A stretch of DNA of 64,000 nt. Origin: Nemertoderma westbladi. Lineage: Eukaryota; Animalia; Xenacoelomorpha. The DNA is taken from contig JAUCBJ010008029.1 of the NCBI GenBank assembly GCA_032718475.1, positions 1 through 64,000 on the forward strand, read 5' to 3'. Numbering within the stretch: position 1 is the stretch's first letter; each line of letters starts with the position of its first letter. The notes beneath the pieces are model-generated. The model was not told the DNA's origin, ran no database searches, and saw only the letters and a list, made by a program, of their open reading frames with translations. This document shows positions 12,801 to 22,842 of the stretch, piece after piece. The position numbers and the translations under genes were made by a program.

Positions 12801-15800
12801 ACCCCCTCCCCTCCCCTCATCAGCATGTCATCAGATTTTCCCAACCCCCCTCCCCCCCCTAAAGTGCTGACGTCATACTTGGACGGCCCCTATTTATTAC
12901 TATTCAACATATTTTGAGTAACAAAGAGTAAAACACAATGTTTGTGTAATTATTAATAGAATAAATATTAGTTTATTTTCATTTATTAGTTTAATTAACA
13001 ATTAGACAGGGGCTAAAACTGGGCGACTAATTAAATGTATGTTATCCACGGGAAATTCCTATACACATTGACATTCTGCTTACTATATACAAACACTGCT
13101 TGCTGTAAGAGGAGTACAGGGGTAGATAATTGGGTGTTCAATTATTATTATAGTCTTAAAAATAAATATATTAGCAGCCCACTTACTGCCTAACACGCTG
13201 TATCTCATTGTGTAGTTAAATATCCGTTCGGCCAATAGTAAGTCATTGATTAGTCCCCAAGGAGGGCTAGGGACTAGCCCCCGTATAGTTCCGTATTTAA
13301 ACATAACACCCACAAAGCACATTACACTCTCCAAGCAGATTCCACAACATGTCACAACCCGTATCGCTACCACTACGACAAATAAATGACATAACATCCT
13401 ACAGGAATTAACAGAGTTTAGTGGTTTGTAACAAACTTAACCTCTTGGCATATTCATATTAATATTAATTATAAATTATATTTATTATACCATGGAAATG
13501 GTAAAATTGCCAGATCTAAAAAGTTCGCACAATAATTTAAATAAAATTATTAAAAGTTTGACGTCCGAATATAATCAGATTACGCTTTAGCAGCCCAACT
13601 ACTTGTTGAGGCTCACTCAACGTGTTGGCGGGCCTATTTTACACAAGCGGCGATCCTTTACCGTATGGTCAGTTAATGTGTCCAGATGTTGAGTTAAAGC
13701 CAGTAGTGTAAAACTTTGTATATTTAACATTAGCCTATGGGGAGTATTGTTGTAAGATAAGTCAGGGGAAGGGAAATACAACTCAACCACTAGACAAAGC
13801 GGCTCTCTTTACTACTTTCAGCTATCCCGGGAGGTTGATTGACAGACACCTCTAGCTTTGATATTTAGCCGCTCTAGGTAGACTTGCATTAGGCAAATTC
13901 CAAGTGATTTCCTAAAGGCTATTTATTTCCTATTAGGTTCCTATTAGGATCCAATAGGACGTTATTTGAAAGCGTTACTGTAGGTTATGTGTTCCCCCTT
14001 TCAAATTGACGCATTCATTTTCTTTTGACTTTTAGAATACAGTTGTGATCTGGAATTAGATAAGTCACAATGGAAGAAACATAGCAGTCAGGATATTGTT
14101 CTAGAATGCGCCAAGGTGTCATTAGATGCTTCTTCCACTAGGGACGACTTAGCGTATGGTCACCAACGTGTGTCTATGGTAAGTATGTCTTTTGTTCTTT
14201 CTATTACATTATAACCTTCACTGTGTTACATTACCATGGCGGTTTTGGCAGAAGAGAACAAACAGATTTTACCTTTTCTACTGGAATAAGGTTCCGATGT
14301 GAAGTATACCAGAAGGTTTGAATGTAACCAAAACAATAAACTAATTAGTAGGGATGTGCCGGATTGACTATTTTCAAACCGGCCAAGCCGGAGCCGGATT
14401 TGTAAAAAAAATCCGGCCGGCATTCCTGCCATGCCGGATTTTTTTTATATATCACCACTTTTTTTTTCTTGAATCAGCTATATGGTACAAGGAATATGGT
14501 ACCTTTATGCATGAACAGAACTGGAGGGAGTGAGTGTTAGGATCACCAGAGGCCTTTAAGTAAGTGAGATACCTGAACTGTAGCTGATTGTAGAAATAGG
14601 GTAATCTGTCCGGACCGGTAGTGCAGAAAAGTCTACTGGTACAGTTGTAGTAACCGGTATATCATGCCTACCGGTGTAATTGTGTTATCTAAAATATCTG
14701 ATTGAATATATGTCGGACAGTCAGGAGTGATAACTTTATAGTCAATATTTCAGTGAGGGTACCACGTCATTTGGTCCTTTGGGCGTTAGGTCCTGCTTTG
14801 ATAGATAACGTGCTGGATCATTATCAGCAACGTCATGATAAGGACTTTAACTTTAATAAGAATTCAGAAGTACATTAGTAAGTGTATCTCAATTATCCCA
14901 ACTAAACGGGATGAGAAAAGCGTTATGCGTTGGTTGGCTACAAATAATGGATCATTTCCTAATTTACAAATACTGTACATATATTTAGTATCACCAGCGT
15001 CTTATTTATTCCGCGTATTTATTCCGCGCGAATATTTGTAGAGGCTGGTAATGTATTTGATGAGAACCGCTCTCGTCTACTTCCGGATCGTGGAGAGAAA
15101 CTAATATTTTTGTACCATAACCTACCCCGATTTGATATAATGGATTGTTTTGATGAATAAAGTGCAAATTGAAAAATAGAACGAAGAAATAATAGCTCTA
15201 GTTTTTTTATACTCTCTGAGATAAATTGGATTTACTAGAGTTTCTAAATTGCCTGTCGAATTGTCGAATATATAAACTGGTCATTCGGCTTAATATCAAT
15301 TTATAACAAACCTACGTAGAGCAAACATCAACGCTTGCGCTCTGGGACAATATAATAATTATTGACTATAGTTATAATAATTAGTATATGGGTATACATG
15401 TACTATTATGTATATTTAATGTGTTAGTGAGGCTGAGCCCAACCAAATACAAATATTCTTGGTAAAAAGTAGTCAGTCAGCTCAGCAAGTATAGATAATC
15501 AGAAAATGATAGCTCTTCTTTACTTTATCATATTCATAATATTAATGAATGAATATAATACAAACAATGAAAATAATTGTATTGTATTCCATTGGATTTG
15601 TTTATGTTTAAATTTGTTTGAATTTAAAATAAAATTAATTTTGATGTTTTTTTTTCGAAAATTTACATTAATTGTAAATTTTGTCAACAAATTCGTTGAA
15701 ATTGAAATCCGGCCAAAAAATTGAAATCCGTCCGGAGCCGGAACCGGATTTTTTCTCAAAATCCGGCCGGAATTCAGGCCCGGGCGGATATCCGGCTCAC

Positions 15801-18800
15801 CCCTACTAATTAGTAATGTGAGGGTTATAAGAAATGAGCGAAGTATAAATCACTTTTAAAAAACTACAAATTAAAAAATTTCAATAAAATTTCGACCGAA
15901 AAGTGAAATCCTGACAGTATTCTTTATCACATCGGGCGGTATTGATTCGAATTATGGCTTTTATTCTAGTGAATATATACCTTGTAAAGATGGTTTTTAT
16001 TACAATCAGAAATGTGTATTTCTCAATACTGGAGGCTTTAGTTTTTATTTTATATTTCTATTTCCCAGTAATTTTTTTCTGAAAACTGTTTATAATTTAA
16101 TTTGTACTATTTATTAAAAACGGCACCCTCTAATGTTGTTATACTTTGGTATATTTTAGGTACATGTGCGGCAGTCCACAGTTAGAAATGCATACTGCTC
16201 CTAAAAGCAAATATGTAAATAAAGTTTAAGGTAAATTTTGGGTGGAATATATTGAATTGTAATATTTAAAAAGCATCTTAGCGAACAGAGTCAAAATATA
16301 TATTTTTGACTTAAAATGCATCTCCTTTGTTATGCTTTATTTTCAGAAATTGTAACCTGTTTTTTTTGGAATCAATGTGGTCGATTACGTGAAAAAAAAT
16401 TAGATTTTTTGTTATAATTTATAAATAAGTTTTTCTTCTTTCTTGTATCATAATAGTACTGGTCCAACCGGAGTGCCGGTCAGCTGCAGTCCGGCTCACC
16501 GATGCCGGGGAGGTCCGCGTCAGGAGGGTTGGTTGCCTCAACCACCTCGACTACAGGGGGTCTTCTACGGAGTCCCTACTTGGAGACACAGTGGACCCCC
16601 TCCGTCTACTACTACCAGTACTCACCCACCCAGTCGGAACTGTCGTTGGGAACGTGGGAACGGAATACACCCGGGGTGACATCCAGTCGGGGTTCCCCCG
16701 CCAGTATGGAGGGCGCGGAACGGTACAGAAGGTTAGTGAATGTTCCTTACGTCTATGTTCGTAAATCCAGTAGATTGTGGGGTAATGTTTCGATACGAGT
16801 ACCTTACCTATGCCAATTTTTTATACTGTTTAGTTTTTGCTTCTTTTTTGTAATGTTCTAGATAGAATATGTTAGCTTTTTATTTGTTTTTTTTTGTTTT
16901 TTTATTTGTTCTAGAACAAATATTTTTAAAAATGAATTAATAATAATATTTATAAAAGAATATTATTATATTGCCTATCCAAATATGCGTCAACAACTGG
17001 GATCCTCCACGCTGTTGACAACCCAAAGGATGCCGAAATATCATTGGTCAATTTGCAAGGAAAGAGACGCCGCTTTGCGGCGCAGTTCCTATCTAACGCT
17101 TTCCATCATAAGATCTGCCGCACCAATAAATGTTGGAGGCCGGTCACAGGTTGTATCTGTCGTCTCTGTGGTCAACCTGCGGAGGAATATTCACACTATC
17201 TTGATTGTCAGTCATTAGGAAATCTAAATCTAACACCAACACCACTACAACTAGCCGCTCACCTCAACTGCAAATTATAATTATAGCGGAACTCCGACAT
17301 GGGGACGACCCCCATTCAGGCTGATTTATATAACTTTTAATATATATTTATTTTTAATTTAATAACTTTTAATAATTCATTTTAACACACAACGCTTTGT
17401 TGTAATAAAGAAATATAATTGTCATAAAAGAATATTTTAAAAAAGTAGCTATTTTTAAAAATTATAAATATATTTTTTTTCTTTACTAACTGATGTTTTA
17501 CATCAAACAGTTACTTTTTGGAGACATGGTAGATAGTATAATGTCTAAACGAGATCCCGATCCCGAAAAACCGAGATCCCGGCGAAAAATGCAATCCCGA
17601 TCCCGGAAATCCCGAAAAGTCTGATCCCGTTTAAACACTAGTAGCTAATATTTTTTTAAATTATATTTTGTTTTGCCAACAACAATGTAATTTATTTTAT
17701 TAGAAATATTCAATAATTTGTATTGTAATCTTTAAAAATGTTCCAAAAGAATAAATTTGTTCTAGGAAACGCTTATTTTTTTTAAACAAATAGCTAACAT
17801 ATTCTAGAACAATAAATAAAAGTAGCAAAAACTAGATAGTGTAATAAATTTCGTAAGGGTATCGAAACAGTACCGGTTGCGGTTAGTGAATGTCCCTTAC
17901 ATGTTGTACTCGTAGACGTGTGTTGTATTATAGGGTAGTGCTTACAGTAAACAGGATACGATGGCGATGGTAAAGTCGTATAAGTCACATTCGATCGATC
18001 CCGAGTAGTACTCAAACTCCTATAGCTCGAACAGCTGATGCGTGTCGAACGGGATGGTTAATCGGGATGTTGGGTAGGCCCACCGAGCCTGTAAATTATC
18101 ATTATTCCCTTTTACTGTTTAAACGGGATCAGACTTTCGGGATTTCCGGGATCGGGACCGGGATTAACACTCTCGGGATCCTGTTTTTTGGGATCGGGGT
18201 TGCAATTTTGGATTAAGTTCCATTATATTAGAGTATGCTGCGGGTTTTGGGTAACACTCACTTTATTTTACACTTCTGAAATATTAGTAAGATCAAGTTA
18301 TATCAAAATTATCTTACAATTGATTACTGGATGATAAAAATTCGATATAATCCAAACATTTCCGTTCTGCTGGAACTATTTATCTGATATTCGACAAATT
18401 TACTGAATTTATACAAAAATTCGGGATTGGATTTTTCGCCGGGATCCCGGTTTTTCGGGATAGGAATCCCGTTTAAACACTATCCCCATATAATACATTT
18501 CTGAATTGATTAATTCGTAAATAAATTTAACCGGTATTTTAGTTAGTGCTTTAGCTCTGCTGATTAACTTTATTTCCAGTTTGACTTGTATTGGTGCGTT
18601 TCGAGGTGGCAACTACTCCTTGGCTCCAATCGATACGAATCCGTTACCGAATCCTGCTCCGATCAACCGCCCCAGTCGATCCGTACCCTCAACCCCCCGC
18701 AATAACAACCCCGATGCTGTTGTCTTCGATTACTCCACAAAGCCCCCGCAGCCACGAACTAGGTAAAGCTGTTAGTTAGAATTCAAGTAGGTAAGGGAGA

Positions 18801-21800
18801 TTATATATGGTATACAACTTCTTCCAAAAGTATATAATAAATATCTGTAATAAATTTTTCACCATATTTCACAGAATAATATAATACGTAAACGTAAAAC
18901 CAACTTGTGAACCAATTGCAATACTTTTTGACAATCAAACTGCATAATCCGCATTGCTGCCACTCTATAAACTTTTTGATTGTTGTTAAACTTTCATTTA
19001 CATTTCTTCTCGCTCTTAAAGTTTTCAATTTTTAGATACGACCAACAACTATAACCTATAAAACATTCGTCTAATCTGCATAAAATAGGCAGCATAAAAT
19101 GCACTAGGATCCTGCCACTGGATCTAATCCGGCCTCGACCATCTGTTTTTTTGCTTTGCTTTTTAATTTCTTGTTGGTCTATAATTATTATTGTTATTCG
19201 CAGACACAGCACCGCCCCCCAACGGCCGTCCTCCGCAATACGCGCCGTCGTCCACAGTGTCGGCGGTAGTTCGGGTCTATCCTCGTCGCAGAGCAGCGTA
19301 AAGGGAAGCGGTGACGTCATGGATGCGACGAGAATCCCAGCCAATCAGGATGCCGGACGCCAAGTGGTAGCCAATCAGCTGAAGGAAGTCGTAGAACTAC
19401 TCAGTGAGAAGGGAAGTCCGGAATCTGAGAACCGAGTTAGTATCTAAGCAACCCCACCAGTTGCACTAATTATTGTATCTAATTGTACTGTGATGAATTA
19501 ATATTTACAATAATTCAATATTAACAATATTTGCTTTTACGTCTAATACAATAGGTAGGTATCCCGAAGGCCCACTTCTCTCTTGGCTGCTACCTATAAC
19601 ACCATATGCAGGAACCCGAAGGTCCAGTAATCTCTTGGCTATTACCTATAAGGGTCACTCATATCACCTATAAGGTGCGCCACTCAACTCCCAAGTTTGT
19701 ACACTCTGTAATTCTCCAAACCTTTTCGTTACTTCCCCCAGTCGAACACAGTTTCCCATATCGCTTGGTCAATCGCTTCTCTGTTGGACCATATTTTCAC
19801 CCTCAACCAAAAAGTAACTCTCCAATAAGTTAGATTTAACTCTAACTTTATGTGACTCTCTAACTTTATGTGACTCTCTAACTTTATGTGACTCTCTAAC
19901 TTTATGTGACTCTCTAACTTTATGTGACTCTCTAACTTTATGTGACTCTCTAACTTAATGGAACTCTCTAACTTTATGTGACTCTCTAACTCTGCTTTAT
20001 TTTATTTGTAGGAAGATAAGGAAGTAGAAGAGCTGAACAGCAACACAAGCATGGATTATCATACCAGCAACCAGGATTACCCTAGCAACGCATCTTACAT
20101 CAGTACCCATAGTAACCAGACGTACCTAGACTCAATCCAAATTAACCAAGTTAACTTAGAGTCTCATAACAACAGCGATTTCCTTGGTGATTCCCGTAGC
20201 AACCGTGTCTCGCCCCGGCACAGCAGCCCCCGAGTCCCGCCCACGCAGTCCCTTAGTCCGGCCCCGACCCGGTCTCCCGTATGCTTCACTAAAACCGCCC
20301 CGCGGCTCCAAGCCATAAAGGAGTCGTGTAACCAACCCGCCCCGCCCCATTGTGAGTTGGTCGTCGAGGAAACTGTTACCAAGGGTACCGGGGACCACGT
20401 TGCCACGGATACCTGTGCCTCCGTCACTATGGATACCGACGACCCAGTTGCTACTCGCGACTCAGCAGTGCAGTGCAGCAGTGCGGCGTCCCCATTCCAC
20501 GCGATGTTGTTACAGACCCTCCCGATCCCAGTAGAGTCGATAGACAGCGCCACCTTCCAGGAGGAGGATGAACTCACTAATTTATTCAACGAGTCCTCCG
20601 CGGAATCCAGACGCCCCCCTGGCAACTCGTCTACCAATAGGAAGCCGTCGCCGTTGGAGACCCTTGATCGCTACCTCCGATTCGGAGACGCGCCCGAGGA
20701 TGAGATAACTGTCCCGTTGTCCAACGCCGCGGATCTCACGCACTTCGGTGGCACGCCGCCCCCCGACGAGGTATGCCTCCTCCGCACCCGCCTCCAACTC
20801 ATGTACAACCAGCTGCTGTACGAGCGCAACCGGAGTCGCGAGTGCGCAGCCCACGCGCGGCTGTTGCATGCGCGCCGTCTGGGCTCCCGGCAGCGGGTCG
20901 CCCTCGAGGCGAACCGCACCGAGACGCGGATAGTCGCACAGCTCGAGAGCGAGGTCACCCGACTCGCCGTCGAGCTCGCTCGGCTCACATCGGAAGTGAA
21001 GGGGGCGGGGAAACAACCGGAAGTTATGTCATCGTCAGAACCGAAAGTGTTACTGCCTATATCTGTACAGCCAGTAACATCGTATCAGATAGACGCGCGA
21101 CCGGAAGCTCTCTCAAGTATCCCGGCCTTGGATCTCATGGAAGCGAACGCACGATTGGAGAACCGAGTCAGCGAGTTGCAGACCGAACTATCGGGGGTGG
21201 AACTAGAGTTGGGGGACACTCGCCGGCAGTGGGAGGAGTTGGAACATCGGCACTTCGAGGCGATGCGGGACAATGATCGTCTCGTAAAGGAAGCCGACCA
21301 GGTTAAGGAACTCAAGGAGCGCGTGGAGAAGCTGACGGCAAACTTGGGTTTAGTTTGCGAGGCTAACTCTCGTTATCGGGAGGCGTTGTCTAGGCCAGGG
21401 GAGGGGTTGCGGGACGCGGAACGGGAGCTGTTTGCGAGTTCCTGTCAGTGCGAGTTGGAAGCGATGCGACGCGGCTGTCAGGAAGCGGTGGCGCACGCCG
21501 AGCACTGGAAGGGGGCCGCCGCGCAGCTGGAGGAGGCCGGGAGGCTTCGGGAGGAGGCGGCCGAGGGGTTGCGAGCGAGGTTGCGGGATGGGGAGGCGGT
21601 CTGGGAGGAGAAGAGGAGCGCCATGGAGCGTCGGTACGGGGCCGTGAAGAAAGTTAATCGGAGGCTTGAAAGGTTGGTCATGGAGTTGAGGGGAACTCTG
21701 TGGAACGGCGGGGCTAATGAGGTGGCGGAACGAGAGGGATGTAATTCCGTCCGGGATTGCGATGTGACCGACTTCGAAATGGAGTATTATAGAGAGTCCG

Positions 21801-22525
21801 AAGCTTTCGGTCGAGAAAAGAAAAATATTGAGATGCTCCGGGCGGACGATTTCGTGGATGGAGTAGTGCCAGTGGTGGGAAAGGAAGGGTATTCGTACTG
21901 GGAATCACGTGATGTTGTCAACGAGTCGGATTCGAACCGGAAACGGAACGTACCTGAGTCGGAGTCGGTTCGGCACCGGAACGTACCTGAGTCGGAGTTG
22001 GTTCGGCTCCGGATCGTACCTGAGTCGGTTTGGACCCGGAACGTACCGGATTCGTTTCGGAACCGGATCATACCGGAGTCGGAACCGGATCGAGCGAACC
22101 GCGCCGGTCGCAGTATCAGCGTGGAGTCGGACGGACCCCCGCTGCTACTCGGTGTCGGTTCGTCTCCGACCGGGGTCGGAACCTTCCACAGCAGTTCCGA
22201 ATCCGCGGCCACCAACGGAACCGCCACCGACGAAATTCCTCCCGTTCTCTCGGACAATAACCAATTAGCGCTGAGCTCTTCTCCCTTCTATCGGTCTCTA
22301 GGACAACGTCGAGCCTCGATGCACTCTCTACCGTCGGCCTACCCCCCGGAATCTCAACTCGCGCCGTTGATTTTCACCAAGGTGCAGTCGAGGAGTTTAG
22401 ATCGAAGGTCCTCCTTCGATATCGCAGCCTTCCAGAAACAACTGGAACCGCCGCAGCTGCCCACTTCAATGAAACCAATACGCCCAATAGGTTTGCAGTT
22501 ACAGATACGCAGTGAAATGCTTTAA
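694..22525 (+). CDS. TSC1: Hamartin (tuberous sclerosis 1 orthologue), 10 coding exons, 4125 nt, about 1374 aa
   Basis: The spliced translation contains hamartin hallmarks: LQVLGQLVYKQPPW, GVLVLASLLPIVP, LHVQISAFCLFSRLYGMYPCN, KPMLERCRLHPKLI, WKKHSSQDIVLECAKVSLD, SPLETLDRY, THFGGTPPPDEV..LRTRLQLMYNQLLYER, then a coiled coil. Join: 694-823, 1794-1921, 2237-2384, 2625-2809, 10864-11050, 14036-14178, 16457-16731, 18580-18762, 19204-19435, 20012-22525. All phases are compatible. Confidence 0.95.
1222..1611. mobile_element. MITE-like element with terminal and internal inverted repeats
   Basis: gtgtacaatgctgagataactccc ... gggagttatctcagcctgttacac. Internal IR tctcagcctaggctgagaacactcc / ggagtgttctcagcctaggctgaga. 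Confidence 0.55.
1794..1921 (+). CDS. TSC1: TSC1 coding exon 2
   Basis: Acceptor tttttatag|, GTIISMILERYIATKSLRFLDLLSAIKSPIHLQVFEKLTECMK, donor AAG|gttagt. Confidence 0.85.
2237..2384 (+). CDS. TSC1: TSC1 coding exon 3
   Basis: Acceptor ttcttctag|, RKRMALQVLGQLVYKQPPWISDIIKNPCFLALIKQLKE, phase-1 donor G|gttggt. Confidence 0.88.
2625..2809 (+). CDS. TSC1: TSC1 coding exon 4 (ends at a GC donor)
   Basis: Acceptor tcttttgtag|, VDDCVFMVCGVLVLASLLPIVP...VFARLVRW...VLLLHVQ, donor CAG|gcgagt. Confidence 0.88.
3578..3940 (+). mobile_element. Possible Helentron/DINE-like non-autonomous repeat
   Basis: gtggggcgagacacgtatggcgagcc is followed by a (GT)n microsatellite. A related motif occurs in reverse at about 410-430. 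Confidence 0.35.
4322..4870. repeat. Tandem repeat of about 140-155 bp, 4 copies, with (GTCT)n tracts
   Basis: taacattctcgctatgggggttttaagg..tgctgat..catttctgatgtcagtttt recurs near 4324, 4462, 4620 and 4763. A related diverged copy lies near 41225-41340. Confidence 0.8.
4993..5379. mobile_element. Non-autonomous DNA transposon (MITE) with about 32-bp TIRs, CCC..GGG ends
   Basis: cccattaagtcctaaggtctacatttgtagac ... gtctacaaatgtagaccttaggacttaagggg. A third copy of this end starts at 7276. Confidence 0.7.
5517..5820. repeat. Clusters of the palindrome (cat)gtcaatattgac(atg)
   Basis: About 7 copies at 5517-5637 and 2 more at 5782-5818, typical of transposon subterminal repeats. Confidence 0.7.
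5950..6682. repeat. Degenerate tandem repeat of about 52 bp
   Basis: Recurring aaactgttcagag..ctt.gtgcagcatgataaatgctgaaaagagctgttg. Confidence 0.8.
6689..7243. repeat. 12/13-bp minisatellite (tgtctgcaccac / tgtctgcaccag)
   Basis: Directly visible. It explains the low-complexity ORFs in all frames. Confidence 0.97.
8800..10849. repeat. 65-bp CpG-rich satellite with about 25-bp sub-repeats and a 533-bp higher-order duplication
   Basis: Monomer gtgacgtactatatcgagtgaaccacgatgtttccgtttggttacatcaactcttccgaccggaa. The variant block at 8821 recurs at 9354. Confidence 0.97.
10864..11050 (+). CDS. TSC1: TSC1 coding exon 5
   Basis: Acceptor cctttcag|, ISAFCLFSRLYGMYPCNMLALLR...IKPMLERCRLHPKLI, donor G|gtgggt. 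Confidence 0.93.
11600..11822 (+). mobile_element. 5'-truncated tRNA-derived SINE
   Basis: B box gggttcgatcct, central ccttgcatcctt..ggtagctaaatgagtac resembling the conserved core of the SINE at 40944, T-rich tail. Confidence 0.55.
11932..13980. mobile_element. Non-autonomous Tc1/mariner-type element, about 40-bp TIRs, TA target duplication
   Basis: ta|cagtaccgctttcaaataacgtcgtattggttcctaatagg ... cctattaggatccaataggacgttatttgaaagcgttactg|ta. Confidence 0.8.
12465..12890. mobile_element. PIF/Harbinger (Tourist-like) MITE nested in the previous element
   Basis: TIRs ggggccgtccaagtatgacgtc / gacgtcatacttggacggcccc, with 3-bp TSD tat on both sides. Confidence 0.88.
14036..14178 (+). CDS. TSC1: TSC1 coding exon 6
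   Basis: Acceptor acttttag|, EYSCDLELDKSQWKKHSSQDIVLECAKVSLD..., donor ATG|gtaagt. Confidence 0.92.
14349..15805. mobile_element. Non-autonomous hAT element
   Basis: TIRs tagggatgtgccggat / atccggctcaccccta, subterminal gccgga repeats, perfect 8-bp TSD ctaattag (14341-14348 and 15806-15813). Confidence 0.92.
16457..16731 (+). CDS. TSC1: TSC1 coding exon 7
   Basis: GC-rich island, open in phase 0, contains QWTPS (hamartin WSPS-like), donor AG|gttagt. Confidence 0.75.
16985..17340 (+). mobile_element. Probable 3' remnant of a LINE (C-terminal Cys/His domain and tail)
   Basis: GC-richer island in an intron translating to ..CRLCGQPAEEYSHYLDC.. then stop. It does not fit the TSC1 exon chain. 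Confidence 0.45.
17539..17640 (-). mobile_element. Internally deleted copy of the gggat-rich MITE at 18113
   Basis: Ends gatcccgtttaaacacta. Both ends of the 18113-18482 element are fused here in opposite orientation. Confidence 0.6.
18113..18482. mobile_element. hAT-like MITE
   Basis: TIRs tactgtttaaacgggat / atcccgtttaaacacta with subterminal cgggat repeats. TSD is degenerate. Confidence 0.7.
18580..18762 (+). CDS. TSC1: TSC1 coding exon 8
   Basis: Acceptor tttatttccag|, Pro/Ser-rich open frame, phase 2 at both ends, donor AG|gtaaag. Confidence 0.7.
19204..19435 (+). CDS. TSC1: TSC1 coding exon 9
   Basis: Acceptor gttattcgcag|, RHSTAPQRPSS...SPESENR, donor CGA|gttagt, phases fit both neighbours. 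Confidence 0.72.
19839..19990. repeat. 18-bp tandem repeat (actctctaactttatgtg), about 8.5 copies
   Basis: Directly visible. Ends about 21 nt before the exon 10 boundary. Confidence 0.95.
20012..22525 (+). CDS. TSC1: TSC1 terminal coding exon 10 (2.5 kb)
   Basis: Acceptor ttttatttgtag|, starts EDKEVEEL, in frame with the 824-aa ORF containing THFGGTPP/QLLYER and the coiled coil. Confidence 0.92.
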   Translation, partial: EDKEVEELNSNTSMDYHTSNQDYPSNASYISTHSNQTYLDSIQINQVNLESHNNSDFLGDSRSNRVSPRHSSPRVPPTQSLSPAPTRSPVCFTKTAPRLQAIKESCNQPAPPHCELVVEETVTKGTGDHVATDTCASVTMDTDDPVATRDSAVQCSSAASPFHAMLLQTLPIPVESIDSATFQEEDELTNLFNESSAESRRPPGNSSTNRKPSPLETLDRYLRFGDAPEDEITVPLSNAADLTHFGGTPPPDEVCLLRTRLQLMYNQLLYERNRSRECAAHARLLHARRLGSRQRVALEANRTETRIVAQLESEVTRLAVELARLTSEVKGAGKQPEVMSSSEPKVLLPISVQPVTSYQIDARPEALSSIPALDLMEANARLENRVSELQTELSGVELELGDTRRQWEELEHRHFEAMRDNDRLVKEADQVKELKERVEKLTANLGLVCEANSRYREALSRPGEGLRDAERELFASSCQCELEAMRRGCQEAVAHAEHWKGAAAQLEEAGRLREEAAEGLRARLRDGEAVWEEKRSAMERRYGAVKKVNRRLERLVMELRGTLWNGGANEVAEREGCNSVRDCDVTDFEMEYYRESEAFGREKKNIEMLRADDFVDGVVPVVGKEGYSYWESRDVVNESDSNRKRNVPESESVRHRNVPESELVRLRIVPESVWTRNVPDSFRNRIIPESEPDRANRAGRSISVESDGPPLLLGVGSSPTGVGTFHSSSESAATNGTATDEIPPVLSDNNQLALSSSPFYRSLGQRRASMHSLPSAYPPESQLAPLIFTKVQSRSLDRRSSFDIAAFQKQLEPPQLPTSMKPIRPIGLQLQIRSEML

Positions 22526-22546
22526 AACCCACCGATTTGATGTGAA

Positions 22547-22552
22547 AATAAA
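22547..22552 (+). promoter_or_regulatory. Candidate TSC1 polyadenylation signal
   Basis: AATAAA 21 nt after the stop codon, followed by a GT/T-rich tract. Confidence 0.5.
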
Positions 22553-22842
22553 TTGTGCCGCGTGTTTCATGTTTATTATTTTGTTAACGATTATTTATTA
22601 TGTACAACTTGTTCTACCCAATGCTTTGGTGTAATAATTGATTATGATGGATATTGAATACTCTTTTATCGCTGAATATTTGTTTAATAATAAACAAGAA
22701 GATGACAAATTCATTTTTTTATTGGGGTTATTATTCGAGAGTGATGTTTTAGTTTTGGAATTAAATTTGCTCACAAATTTGAAGCAGAGCGGTTCCAACG
22801 AAATCCTACTAAATTTCGCAGCAATATTTTTATCCATACATC

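Noticed and set aside
16160-16230. Possible extra TSC1 exon (ttttag|gtacatg...aag|gtaaat)
   Set aside because: There is a stop codon in the required phase, and exons 6 and 7 already join in frame. A poison exon cannot be excluded without RNA data.
20156-22268. Overlapping and antisense ORFs within TSC1 exon 10
   Set aside because: Shadow frames of a GC-rich coding exon.
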